Shown piece after piece: positions 39,958 to 50,129 of a stretch of 64,000 bases of DNA. A program made the translations under genes and the position numbers. How positions within the stretch are numbered: position 1 is the stretch's first letter; every line of letters starts with the position of its first letter. The notes under the pieces were generated by a model that saw only the letters and a program-made list of their open reading frames with translations, searched no databases and was not told the DNA's origin. The DNA comes from Methylophilaceae bacterium (GTDB taxonomy: Bacteria; Pseudomonadota; Gammaproteobacteria; Burkholderiales; Methylophilaceae): the NCBI GenBank assembly GCA_028342535.1, contig JAOLWQ010000002.1, positions 33,484 to 97,483 of the forward strand, in the 5' to 3' direction.

Positions 39958-41793
39958 ATGAATTATCTAAATAAAATAAATAAGCCATCGGATATCAAAA
40001 AACTCTCAAGAGATGAGTTAGAATTATTAGCCAAAGAACTACGCTCTTTTATAATTGATAGTGTTTCAAAAACTGGGGGCCATTTATCTTCAAATCTAGG
40101 GGTAATTGAACTCACTATTGCACTTCATTACGTATACGATTGTCCAAACGATCAAATTATTTGGGATGTTGGCCATCAAACCTATGCACATAAAATATTA
40201 ACTGGAAGAAGAAATAAAATGCATACGCTTAGACAAAAAGATGGCATCTCTGGCTTCCCTAGGCGCGCAGAAAGTAAATTTGATAGTTTTGGTACCGGTC
40301 ATTCAAGTACATCTATATCTGCAGCTCTAGGAGTATCTGAAGCATTTAAAATCAATAATTCTAAATATAGAGCAATTGCTGTAATTGGAGATGGGGCAAT
40401 GACTGCAGGCATGGCTTTTGAAGGATTAAATAATGCCGGTAATACTGAAAATGACATACTTGTGATACTAAATGATAATGATATGTCTATTTCAAATAAT
40501 GTAGGCGCATTAAATAATTATCTTGCAAAGCTCCTATCTGGAAAATTATATGGAGGAATTAAGCGTTCTGGGAAAGCTGTTCTTTCTAAGGTTCCACCTG
40601 TGCTTGAGCTAGCTAGAAAAACTGAAGAGCATGTAAAAGGAATGGTGATACCGGGAACCTTATTTGAAGAATTCGGATTTAATTATATTGGCCCTATTGA
40701 TGGTCATCATTTAAACACAATGATAGACACCTTGAGCAACATAAAATCTCTAAAGGGTCCTCAATTTTTACATGTAGCGACAAAAAAAGGATATGGGTAT
40801 CAGCCAGCCGAACAAAATCCTAATAAATTTCACGGTGTAAGTAAATTTGACCCCCAAAATGGCCAAACCAAGAAAAAAAATGTATTAAAAACATTTACTG
40901 AAGTTTTTTCTGAATGGATCATGGATACAGCGGCTAAAGAATCAAAACTTTGCGCTATAACTCCAGCAATGTCAGATGGATCTGGCCTTAATGAATTTTC
41001 TAAAAAATATCCAAAACGATTTTTTGATGTTGGTATTGCAGAGCAACACGCACTAACATTTGCTGCAGGCCTTGCATGTAACAACCTGAAGCCTGTTGTA
41101 GCTATATACTCAACCTTTCTTCAGAGAGCATATGACCAATTAATTCATGATATCGCACTTCAAAATATATCAATGTTGTTTGCAATTGACCGCGCAGGAA
41201 TTGTAGGTGCAGACGGTGCAACTCACTCAGGAAATTTTGATATCTCATATTTAAGGTGTATTCCAAACATTATTATAATGACTCCAAGCAATGAAAATGA
41301 ATGCTATCAAATGCTTAAAACAGGATTTAAATATGATGGTATATGTATTGTTAGATTTCCCAGGGGGAACGGCATCGGTACCCATATTGATAAAAAATTA
41401 AACTTATTACCTATTGGTAAGTCTGAAAAAATAAGAGCTGGAGAAAATATTGTAATTTTTGCTTTTGGTCCCCTTCTTAAAACTGCTCTTGAGGTAGCTG
41501 AAGAATTAAATGCCACCCTTATTGATATGAAATTTGTAAAGCCTATTGATGAAAAAATGATAAAGAAATGTGTTAATAATCATAATGTTGCAGTAACAAT
41601 TGAAGATAATGCAATTTTAGGTGGAGCAGGATCAGCTGTTTTAGAAGTAATAAGTAAGAATAATTTAAAATGTAGGACTCTTTGCCTAGGCATACCAGAT
41701 AATTTTGTTGAGCATGGAACTCAAGAAGAAATTTATAAACTGTGTGAATTAGATAAAAATAGTATTATTAAGAAAATTGTTAAACAATTATAG
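39958..41793 (+). CDS. dxs: 1-deoxy-D-xylulose-5-phosphate synthase
   Basis: 611 aa. GGHLSSNLG, GHSSTSISAALG, GDGAMTAGMAFE. Confidence 0.96.
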   Translation: MNYLNKINKPSDIKKLSRDELELLAKELRSFIIDSVSKTGGHLSSNLGVIELTIALHYVYDCPNDQIIWDVGHQTYAHKILTGRRNKMHTLRQKDGISGFPRRAESKFDSFGTGHSSTSISAALGVSEAFKINNSKYRAIAVIGDGAMTAGMAFEGLNNAGNTENDILVILNDNDMSISNNVGALNNYLAKLLSGKLYGGIKRSGKAVLSKVPPVLELARKTEEHVKGMVIPGTLFEEFGFNYIGPIDGHHLNTMIDTLSNIKSLKGPQFLHVATKKGYGYQPAEQNPNKFHGVSKFDPQNGQTKKKNVLKTFTEVFSEWIMDTAAKESKLCAITPAMSDGSGLNEFSKKYPKRFFDVGIAEQHALTFAAGLACNNLKPVVAIYSTFLQRAYDQLIHDIALQNISMLFAIDRAGIVGADGATHSGNFDISYLRCIPNIIIMTPSNENECYQMLKTGFKYDGICIVRFPRGNGIGTHIDKKLNLLPIGKSEKIRAGENIVIFAFGPLLKTALEVAEELNATLIDMKFVKPIDEKMIKKCVNNHNVAVTIEDNAILGGAGSAVLEVISKNNLKCRTLCLGIPDNFVEHGTQEEIYKLCELDKNSIIKKIVKQL

Positions 41794-41829
41794 TAATGAT
41801 AAAATCATCTTTTAATAAAAATAAATATA

Positions 41830-42630
41830 ATGAATAAAATAATCTCAAATGAATTAATAGAAGATGTTCAAAACAGTCCTGACAAAAGGCATCTAGATAT
41901 AGATAAAGTTGGCATAAAAGCTATTAAGCATCCTATTATAGTTAAAGATAGAACTGGATTAATACAACATACAAATGCGACTTTTAGTATGTATGTTCAT
42001 TTGCCTCATAATTTTAAAGGCACACATATGTCAAGATTTGTTGAGATTCTTAACGAAAACCAAAAAGAAATTTCAGTAGCATCTTTTAAAGACATTCTAA
42101 AAGAGATGTTGGAAAGATTAGAATCTGAATCAGGTTACCTAGAAATGCAATTTACGTATTTTGTAAATAAAAAAGCTCCTGTTAGTGGAGTTGAAAGCTT
42201 AATGGACTATGAAGTGAGTTTTATTGGTGAAATGATAAATGGAAAAATAATTAATACAACTAAAGTTGTTGTTCCTGTTACAAGTCTTTGTCCATGTTCG
42301 AAAAAAATATCTAAATATGGTGCGCATAATCAAAGAGCCCACGTTACACTAACTCTTGAAACAAATGATTTTATTTGGGTTGAAGATATAATTGAGGTAG
42401 TTGAAAAACAAGCATCATGTGAATTATATGGAATACTTAAAAGACCCGATGAAAAGTTTGTAACAGAAAAAGCATATGAAAATCCTAAATTTGTTGAGGA
42501 TATTGTCAGAGATATTGCGGCTGATCTTAAATCAAATACTAAGGTGAATAAATATATAATTGAATCTGAAAATTTCGAATCTATTCATAATCATTCAGCA
42601 TATGCCCTTATAGAAGGAAGTAATACTTAA
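41830..42630 (+). CDS. folE2: GTP cyclohydrolase I type 2 (FolE2/GCYH-IB)
   Basis: 266 aa with the GTHMSRF, SLCPCSK and HNQR motifs. Confidence 0.85.
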   Translation: MNKIISNELIEDVQNSPDKRHLDIDKVGIKAIKHPIIVKDRTGLIQHTNATFSMYVHLPHNFKGTHMSRFVEILNENQKEISVASFKDILKEMLERLESESGYLEMQFTYFVNKKAPVSGVESLMDYEVSFIGEMINGKIINTTKVVVPVTSLCPCSKKISKYGAHNQRAHVTLTLETNDFIWVEDIIEVVEKQASCELYGILKRPDEKFVTEKAYENPKFVEDIVRDIAADLKSNTKVNKYIIESENFESIHNHSAYALIEGSNT

Positions 42631-42644
42631 TTATAAATATTTAT

Positions 42645-43796
42645 TTAGGTTGCTTTAGTAATTTTCTTTAATCCATAAAATATTACTAAAAAACCAAGTA
42701 ATGGAAGTACTGAAGAAAACATAAAGGTACTAGCAGCACCGAATTTATCAATCATAATACCGCCTCCTAAGCCACCAATTGTTCCTCCTAATCCATAAGT
42801 AATGCTATTATAAATAGATTGTCCTCTTGAGTGATGCTCTTTATTAAAATGAATTGAAACTAACTCAACTGATGCTACATGAAAGCTACCAAAAGTTGCT
42901 GCATGAAGAATTTGGGCAAATATTAAAACTAATAAAATATCAACGAAATACCCAATAAGAAAAAATCTAACTACAGCTAAAAATAAGCTTATTAATAATA
43001 CCTCTTTCAAATTTAATTTACTTAAAATTTTAGGCATCAACATAAAAACTATTATTTCAAAAATTACACCGATTGACCATAAAGTACCTATTAAAGAACT
43101 AGAATAATTTTGTTCTTTAAGAAAAATTGAGTAGAAGTTATATAAAAGTCCATGAGAAGAAACCATTAATGCACACCCTATTAATAATGCAATTACTTCT
43201 GGTTTTTTTAAAACTTTCCAGATTGATCTTTTCGTATCTCCAATTAATTCAAATTTTTTATCTGGAATTGAAAAAGAAAGAAATAATATTATTAACTGAG
43301 TAAATAAAAGTGCCCAAACAAGAACATTGACGCTATATAAATCAATTAATATACCAAGAAAAAATGAAGCAACAATAAACCCAATAGATCCCCACAAGCG
43401 TATATTGCTATAACTGTCATTTGTTGAGGATATGTGAGATAGCGTTAAAGATTCTGCCAAAGGTATTGTTGAGCTAGTAAACAAACTCATTGACATCATC
43501 ACCAAAAATATTAAGAAGAAGCTATCAGCCCAGAAAATTCCTATATACCCTAAGCAGCCAATAAATGAGGCTAGTCTTATCCATCTTGCCCTTTTGTTTG
43601 TATGGTCAGCAAGCCAACCCCAGAAATTAGGTGCAAAAATACGACTTATTTGAAATAAAGAAAGAAGTATTCCAATTTGAAATGCTGAGAAACTTTTTGA
43701 TTGCAAATAAAGTCCCCAATAAGGGACGAATAAACCTACAAAAAAATAATAAAAAAAATAAAAACGCGATAGTCGCCAATATACTGAATGGATCAA
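42645..43796 (-). CDS. MFS transporter, substrate unknown
   Basis: 383 aa with about 12 TM segments. Its start overlaps the aroC stop by 4 nt. Confidence 0.8.
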   Translation of the reverse strand: MIHSVYWRLSRFYFFYYFFVGLFVPYWGLYLQSKSFSAFQIGILLSLFQISRIFAPNFWGWLADHTNKRARWIRLASFIGCLGYIGIFWADSFFLIFLVMMSMSLFTSSTIPLAESLTLSHISSTNDSYSNIRLWGSIGFIVASFFLGILIDLYSVNVLVWALLFTQLIILFLSFSIPDKKFELIGDTKRSIWKVLKKPEVIALLIGCALMVSSHGLLYNFYSIFLKEQNYSSSLIGTLWSIGVIFEIIVFMLMPKILSKLNLKEVLLISLFLAVVRFFLIGYFVDILLVLIFAQILHAATFGSFHVASVELVSIHFNKEHHSRGQSIYNSITYGLGGTIGGLGGGIMIDKFGAASTFMFSSVLPLLGFLVIFYGLKKITKAT

Positions 43797-44881
43797 CTTG
43801 GAAATGGATTTATTCTTTTAACATCCATATTTTGCGCTCTGTCACGAAGAACATGATCAATCAAAACTAATGCAAGCATTGCTTCGGTAATTGGAACCGC
43901 ACGAATTGCGACACAAGGATCATGCCGACCAGTAGTTTTCATTTGAACTGTCTTGCCTTTAAGGTTAATTGAGCTTCTATCGCGTGGAATACTTGATGTT
44001 GGCTTGAATGCTACATTTACTTCAATATTTTGTCCGGTAGAAATGCCACCTAAAATACCTCCGGCATTATTTGACTTAAACCCATCACTTGTCATCTCAT
44101 CACTATGCTCAGTTCCTTTTTGAGATATACTAGAAAATCCCGAGCCAACTTCGACACCTTTCGTAGCATTAATACTCATCATTGCTGAAGCAATATCAGC
44201 ATCTAATCTAGAAAAAATTGGTTCGCCTAAACCAGAGGGGACATTAGTCGCGCATACAAATATTTTTGCTCCTACTGAATTTCTTTCTGACCTTACATTA
44301 GACAAATATTCTTCCAGTTCTTTTAATATTGATTTATTAGCAACAAAAAAAGAATTCTTATTAACATGTTTCCAGCCATCAAAAGGAATATTTTTTTCGC
44401 CCAGTTGAGTTAAGCAAGCTTTAATTTCTACTTTATATTTTTCTTTTAACCATTTCTTAGCGATAGCTCCAGCGGCAACACGAACAGCGGTTTCTCTTGC
44501 GCTAGATCTTCCACCTCCGCGATAATCTCTGATCCCATACTTTTGAAGATATGTAAGGTCTGCATGGCCAGGACGGAATGTTTCTTTAATTTTGGAATAA
44601 TCCTGGCTTCTTTGATCATTATTTCTAATTATAAAGCCAATTGGAGCACCAGTAGTTTTTCCCTCAAAAAGTCCTGAAAGAATTTCGACCTTATCACTTT
44701 CTTTTCTTTGAGTTACAAATTTTGATGTTCCTGGTTTACGACGATCTAGATCAATTTGTAAATCTAATTCATTTAACTTCATACCTGGCGGGCATCCGTC
44801 TACAACTCCTCCAATACCAGAGCCGTGAGACTCACCAAATGAGGTTAAAGTAAATAATTTACCAAATGTATTTCCAGACAT
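43793..44881 (-). CDS. aroC: Chorismate synthase
   Basis: 362 aa. [22 protein letters not shown]. Confidence 0.96.
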   Translation of the reverse strand: MSGNTFGKLFTLTSFGESHGSGIGGVVDGCPPGMKLNELDLQIDLDRRKPGTSKFVTQRKESDKVEILSGLFEGKTTGAPIGFIIRNNDQRSQDYSKIKETFRPGHADLTYLQKYGIRDYRGGGRSSARETAVRVAAGAIAKKWLKEKYKVEIKACLTQLGEKNIPFDGWKHVNKNSFFVANKSILKELEEYLSNVRSERNSVGAKIFVCATNVPSGLGEPIFSRLDADIASAMMSINATKGVEVGSGFSSISQKGTEHSDEMTSDGFKSNNAGGILGGISTGQNIEVNVAFKPTSSIPRDRSSINLKGKTVQMKTTGRHDPCVAIRAVPITEAMLALVLIDHVLRDRAQNMDVKRINPFPS

Positions 44882-44939
44882 ATAAGCCTTAATTATTATA
44901 TTTTGAATTAAATTATATCACTGCAAGACAAAAAAACCT

Positions 44940-45476
44940 TTAAGACTCTATAACTAAAAATTCTCCTGGTAATAATCTATCAATATTGTAATCACCAATT
45001 TCAACCCTAATTAACCTTAGGGTTGGATGTGAAATTGCAGCCGTCATTTTTCTGACCTGTCTATTTTTTCCTTCTGAAATTTTAATTTCGATCCATTCAG
45101 TTGGTATATTTTTTCTTTTTCTTATAGGTGGATCTCTTTCCCATACATTCGGATCACTAATTCTTTTAACTAAAGCAGGTTTCGTAAAATAATCCTTAAT
45201 CTTTAGCCCTTCACGTAATTCCCTCAATGCGCCGTCACTAGGCTTGTTTTCAACCTGAGCCCAATAAGTCTTATACATGTTATTTTTTGGATTAGATATT
45301 TTATTTTGTAAAACACCATTGTCAGTTAAAATAAGCAATCCTTCACTGTCTGAATCAAGTCGGCCAGCAGGGTAAACATTTTTATATGGGATAAAATCTT
45401 TTAATGATGCGTAAGTTTTATGCTCTGAGAACTGACTAATTACGTTGTAAGGTTTATTAAATAAAATAATCATCAA
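44940..45476 (-). CDS. rluE: RsuA/RluE family rRNA pseudouridine synthase (no S4 domain)
   Basis: 178 aa. Catalytic GRLDSDSEGLLILT, plus GKNRQVRKM. Confidence 0.8.
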   Translation of the reverse strand: MMIILFNKPYNVISQFSEHKTYASLKDFIPYKNVYPAGRLDSDSEGLLILTDNGVLQNKISNPKNNMYKTYWAQVENKPSDGALRELREGLKIKDYFTKPALVKRISDPNVWERDPPIRKRKNIPTEWIEIKISEGKNRQVRKMTAAISHPTLRLIRVEIGDYNIDRLLPGEFLVIES

Positions 45477-45502
45477 TTAAGATAAAGTGAGAGAGAAAAT
45501 TT

Positions 45503-46750
45503 ATGTCTAGCAAAATTAAAATTCCAAAAAAGGGTGAGGAAATAAGGATAGGCTCTAACTTAGATTTAGATATTCCAAATCATCCAATCATACCATTTAT
45601 TTCAGGTGATGGAATTGGAATTGATATTACCCCTTCAATGCAAGCTGTGATTGATCATACAGTTAAAAAAGCATATGGTGAAACAAAAAAAATTGAATGG
45701 ATGGAGGTATTTGCAGGACATAAGGCAACAGAAGTCTATAATAAAAATACTTGGCTTCCTGATGAAACTATAAACGCTTTAAAAAAATATATTATTTCAA
45801 TTAAAGGTCCCTTAGCAACGCCTGTTGGTGGTGGTATTCGCTCTTTGAATGTTGCACTGCGACAAAAGCTTGATCTATATGTATGCTTAAGACCAATAAA
45901 CTATTTTAGCGGAGTTCCTAGTCCATTAAAAAATCCAGAAAAAACTAACATGGTTATTTTTAGGGAAAATACTGAAGATATATATGCAGGAATTGAGTGG
46001 GAGGCAAAATCAAAAGAAGTTAATCAGTTACTTTCTAAGCTAGATCAATTTGATGTAATAGATAAAGTCCGTTTTCCTGATAGCTGTGCTCTAGGAATAA
46101 AAGTAGTTTCAAAGGAAGGAAGTCAAAGGCTAATAAGAAGAGCAATAGAGTATGCAATTTCTCATAATAGTAAGTCTGTAACTTTGGTTCATAAAGGAAA
46201 TATAATGAAATATACCGAAGGTGGATTTAAGAAATGGGGTTATGAGTTAGCAGAAAAAGAGTTTAGTGCGATAAAGAATAATTCTGGCGAATATGTCCTA
46301 AGTAATGGCTTAGTTATTAAAGATTGTATTGCAGATGCGTTTCTTCAAGAAATACTATTAAAACCTGAAGATCATGACGTGGTGGCAACATTAAATCTAA
46401 ATGGAGATTATATTTCTGATGCATTAGCTGCGCAAGTTGGTGGTATTGGAATTTCGCCAGGAGCAAATATATCGGATTCAACTGCAATATTTGAGGCAAC
46501 TCATGGAACGGCTCCAACAATTGCTGGTAAGAATATAGCTAACCCGAGCTCATTAATTTTGTCAGCACACATGATGCTAGAACATATGAACTGGATTGAA
46601 GCAGCAAATATATTACATGGCTCTTTTCGTAAAACTCTAGAAAAAAGACAAATGACAGCCGATTTTGCTTCACAAATCAAAGACTGTAAAGCATTATCAA
46701 CAAAAGATTTCGCAATTGCATTAATCGCGAATATAAAAAAAGGTTCCTAG
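45503..46750 (+). CDS. icd: NADP-dependent isocitrate dehydrogenase (homodimeric type)
   Basis: 415 aa. GDGIGIDITP, SLNVALRQ, NLNGDYISDALAAQVGGIG. Confidence 0.95.
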   Translation: MSSKIKIPKKGEEIRIGSNLDLDIPNHPIIPFISGDGIGIDITPSMQAVIDHTVKKAYGETKKIEWMEVFAGHKATEVYNKNTWLPDETINALKKYIISIKGPLATPVGGGIRSLNVALRQKLDLYVCLRPINYFSGVPSPLKNPEKTNMVIFRENTEDIYAGIEWEAKSKEVNQLLSKLDQFDVIDKVRFPDSCALGIKVVSKEGSQRLIRRAIEYAISHNSKSVTLVHKGNIMKYTEGGFKKWGYELAEKEFSAIKNNSGEYVLSNGLVIKDCIADAFLQEILLKPEDHDVVATLNLNGDYISDALAAQVGGIGISPGANISDSTAIFEATHGTAPTIAGKNIANPSSLILSAHMMLEHMNWIEAANILHGSFRKTLEKRQMTADFASQIKDCKALSTKDFAIALIANIKKGS

Positions 46751-46758
46751 GAACCTTT
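46737..46758. terminator. Bidirectional terminator between convergent icd and cspA
   Basis: The perfect 22-nt palindrome AAAAGGTTCCTAGGAACCTTTT overlaps the icd stop codon and has A/T runs on both sides. Confidence 0.6.
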
Positions 46759-46762
46759 TAAT

Positions 46763-46966
46763 TTAAGCTTTTTGGATATTTGAAGCTTGCTTACCTTTAG
46801 GACCATCAGTTACTTCGAAAGACACTCTGTCTCCTTCTTTTAAACTTTTGTATCCCTCTTCTACTATTGCAGAAAAGTGAGCAAATAAATCATCACCACC
46901 GTCGTCCGGAGTGATAAAACCAAAACCTTTTGAATCATTGAACCACTTAACTATTCCTTCAGCCAT
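46763..46966 (-). CDS. cspA: Cold-shock protein, CspA family
   Basis: 67 aa. [15 protein letters not shown] (RNP1) and DLFAHFS (RNP2). Confidence 0.93.
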   Translation of the reverse strand: MAEGIVKWFNDSKGFGFITPDDGGDDLFAHFSAIVEEGYKSLKEGDRVSFEVTDGPKGKQASNIQKA

Positions 46967-47150
46967 TACGATACATCCTTTACAAATTTGGGAGGCCCCT
47001 AAAGTTTAGATCAAGAGAGTGAAAGTGAGAAGCTTAAAAAATTAAGAAAACCACAAAATATTACTTGAAACCAAACACCTGAGTCGTATTTTCATAGATT
47101 CAAGATAAATGTCAAGTTTTTTTACAATTTAAAAAAAAGTAATTTAATAG

Positions 47151-47849
47151 TTATTGTAAATATTCTTCTAACTGCTTGTAGGGTATTGCTCCAGCTACCC
47201 TCTTACCATTAGGAAGTATAATTGTTGGTGTAGAAGAAATTCCTAAATCTTTTCCTAATTTTAAAATTTGATTAATTGGTGTTTTGCAATCTCCAGAATT
47301 TTTTGGGAGCTTGTCTTTAAAAATATATTCGCTCCATGCTTCAGCACGATCTTTTGCACACCATATTTTTTTTGATTTTTCTTCAGCTTCTGGATGAATA
47401 GCCAATGGATATAAAAATGTATACATAGTTATATTATCAACATTAGACAATTCTTCTTTTTCAAGTCTTTTGCAATATGGGCAATCTACGTCAGAAAATA
47501 TTGCTATTTTTCTCTTACCATTACCTTTTACCACTTTAATTGCATCTGATAAGGGTAAATCATTGAAATTAATACGGGTTAATTCTTCAAGCCTAACCTC
47601 AGTTAAATCAATTTTGGTTTTTGGATCAACTACTCTTCCTTCAACAATTAAAAAATCAAAGTTTTCGTTTGTATAAATAATTTGGTTACCAATAAATACT
47701 TCGTATAAATCGTTATAATCAGTTTTTTTTAAACTCGTAATATTTAATTCTGGATAAGTTTTTTTTATAATTTTTCTTAACTCATCTTCTTTAGCAAAAG
47801 CTATAATAGAAATAAATAAACACAGAAAAATAGTAATGATCTTTGTCAT
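47151..47849 (-). CDS. dsbC: Periplasmic thiol:disulfide interchange protein DsbC/DsbG family
   Basis: 232 aa with a signal peptide and the thioredoxin motif DVDCPYCKRLE. Confidence 0.85.
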   Translation of the reverse strand: MTKIITIFLCLFISIIAFAKEDELRKIIKKTYPELNITSLKKTDYNDLYEVFIGNQIIYTNENFDFLIVEGRVVDPKTKIDLTEVRLEELTRINFNDLPLSDAIKVVKGNGKRKIAIFSDVDCPYCKRLEKEELSNVDNITMYTFLYPLAIHPEAEEKSKKIWCAKDRAEAWSEYIFKDKLPKNSGDCKTPINQILKLGKDLGISSTPTIILPNGKRVAGAIPYKQLEEYLQ

Positions 47850-48985
47850 GAAATCGCCTTTTTAATTAGAAAATTTTTGAAATTATCTTTGGTTTCAAGT
47901 AGCTTAATCCCCTTAATTAAGGCTTCATTAATAAACTTATTATTCCTTGAGAATGCCCAATGAAGTCCAGAAGTCAATTTGCTAAATTGGAATGTGTCTA
48001 TTCTACGTGACCTTTCAAAGCGACGCAAAAATCCAGTAAGGCCAATATCTTTATAACGATTATTTTTCAAACATTTTTCAAAATCAATAATATCCCTAAT
48101 CCCTAAATTTAATCCTTGCCCAGCAAGAGGATGAATTGAATGAGCGGCGTTACCCATTAGAACAACTCTTTTATCAAAAAATTTATCATTCAAAACCATC
48201 GTTAAAGGAAAATTACTTTTACTAGAAAGATTAGATATTTCTGAATAATCATTTCCTATAATACTTTTAAGTTTTAAAATAAATTCTGAATCATTTGCGA
48301 TATTAAGTTTTTCAAAGATATCTTGATCACAAGACCATACAACTGAAACAGTTCTAGGTGAAATTGGCAATAAAGCCAAAATACTATCTCCTAAAAAATA
48401 TTGTTTTGCATTTTTCTGCATATTTTTCGATGTTTCAAAATTAAAAACTATTGCATTTTGATTAAAATTTTTAATTTTTTTTCTAATATCAAGATGTTCC
48501 TTTATTTTTGAATTTGCCCCATCGCATACTACAAATAAGGATGCAGTGAGGGTTTCTTTTTCTAATTTAATTTGAACCTCATCAGTAGAATTATCTAAAT
48601 TTATTTCCTTTGGCTCTGGGAAGGTTTTGATATCTTCTGACGATAATTTTATTTGGATCTCTTTCATTAAATTTTTCTCAGAAACCATATAGGCTAAGGC
48701 TGGTTGAAAAACTGAATCTGCACTAAGTATAGTTTTCGAATCTTGTCGAATAATTTCAATATTCTCTACAGGGTAAAGAGAGTTAAAAAGTTTATCCCGG
48801 AGCCCCATATCCCTCATCCAATCTACCGATCCCGGACTTAATGCATAGGCTCTATCAATTGTCCTTCTAACATCTGATTTAATTTGACAAACCTCAAATC
48901 CATTTTTTTTAAGACACAGGCTTGCCAAGCCTCCAACAACCCCTCCTCCATATACAATCACTTTATTTAGTAATTTATTTTCCAT
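47846..48985 (-). CDS. UbiH/UbiF/VisC/COQ6 family FAD-dependent ubiquinone hydroxylase
   Basis: 379 aa. GGGVVGG dinucleotide fold and GNAAHSIHPLAGQGLNLGIRD. Confidence 0.8.
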   Translation of the reverse strand: MENKLLNKVIVYGGGVVGGLASLCLKKNGFEVCQIKSDVRRTIDRAYALSPGSVDWMRDMGLRDKLFNSLYPVENIEIIRQDSKTILSADSVFQPALAYMVSEKNLMKEIQIKLSSEDIKTFPEPKEINLDNSTDEVQIKLEKETLTASLFVVCDGANSKIKEHLDIRKKIKNFNQNAIVFNFETSKNMQKNAKQYFLGDSILALLPISPRTVSVVWSCDQDIFEKLNIANDSEFILKLKSIIGNDYSEISNLSSKSNFPLTMVLNDKFFDKRVVLMGNAAHSIHPLAGQGLNLGIRDIIDFEKCLKNNRYKDIGLTGFLRRFERSRRIDTFQFSKLTSGLHWAFSRNNKFINEALIKGIKLLETKDNFKNFLIKKAIS

Positions 48986-50129
48986 AACTCATTTTTTTTA
49001 AAAACCTTTTTTTTACTGGTGGAATAAGGTCTAAGAAGGATAGCGCCATTCCTCTAATCTTATTCACCCCAACAAAGTCATTAGAGAAAAGTGTTACTAA
49101 AGAATCTGTAAACCTTAAAATGTTTTTAGTCTCTTTTTTTCTCATTTGATTAAAGTTATTTACCATCAATTTAAGGTCTAAATTGACATCTTTTTTTATA
49201 CAATCTGAAAGTATTAATGCATCTCTTATCCCTGTATTTAATCCCTGACCAGCAACTGGGTGCATTGTCTGAGCAGAATTTCCTATAATAGCAATATTTT
49301 TTTTTGGGTACTTTGAAATAAATGATTGCCATAAAGGAAATGTGATTATTTTTTCAGATAGTGTAAAAGTTCCAACACGATCGCCAAAATGCTGTTGGAG
49401 TGCTCTTAAAAATTCTGATTTATTAAGTTGACTTAGTCTTGTTATTTCATATTTTGGGCCTGTCCAGACTAAAGAATATTGGCCATTAAGATTTGGGAGT
49501 AATGCCATTGGTCCAGCATTTGTAAATCGTTCATATGCAACATTACTATGAGGTATATCAGTTTCTACATGAGTAACTAATGCACTATGTTCAAATGATT
49601 TATTAGTTCGTGTAATATCAATACCGGTAATTTCTGAACCTCCTCCATCTGCCAATACTAGTAAATCACAATTTAATGACTTCTCTATAGATTTACATTT
49701 AAAGATTAAATTTTGTTTATTTTCTTTACTTATAGATGATATTAATTCTGAATCATATAAGGCTTCAATATGTTTTGAATTCGATATTTTTTTTTGAAGA
49801 ACTGATACGAGGTCGCCATAAGATATAATATAGCCTAATGCCTCCTGCTCAATCTCTTCAGCTTCCATTAATGACCTTCCAAAAGTTCCTTTTTGACTAG
49901 TGTGGATAGTTTTAATCGGAGTTAATCTATCTTCTAAATCTTTCCATATATCAATTTTCTCTAAAATAAATTTAGACCCGTTTGATAATGCTAATGCCCT
50001 TTTATCACTCTTTGTGTGGGTTTGTGAATTAGATTCTAAGAGAACTATTTTAGATGCTATAGATTCATTTAATAAAGCAAAAATTGCCCCAACTGGACCT
50101 CCACCAATTATCGCAATTGAATTATTCAT
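48975..50129 (-). CDS. ubiH: UbiH/UbiF family FAD-dependent ubiquinone hydroxylase (ubiH position next to pepP)
   Basis: 384 aa. IIGGGPVGA and GNSAQTMHPVAGQGLNTGIRD. Conserved pepP-ubiH-visC-type order. Confidence 0.8.
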   Translation of the reverse strand: MNNSIAIIGGGPVGAIFALLNESIASKIVLLESNSQTHTKSDKRALALSNGSKFILEKIDIWKDLEDRLTPIKTIHTSQKGTFGRSLMEAEEIEQEALGYIISYGDLVSVLQKKISNSKHIEALYDSELISSISKENKQNLIFKCKSIEKSLNCDLLVLADGGGSEITGIDITRTNKSFEHSALVTHVETDIPHSNVAYERFTNAGPMALLPNLNGQYSLVWTGPKYEITRLSQLNKSEFLRALQQHFGDRVGTFTLSEKIITFPLWQSFISKYPKKNIAIIGNSAQTMHPVAGQGLNTGIRDALILSDCIKKDVNLDLKLMVNNFNQMRKKETKNILRFTDSLVTLFSNDFVGVNKIRGMALSFLDLIPPVKKRFLKKMSYGK

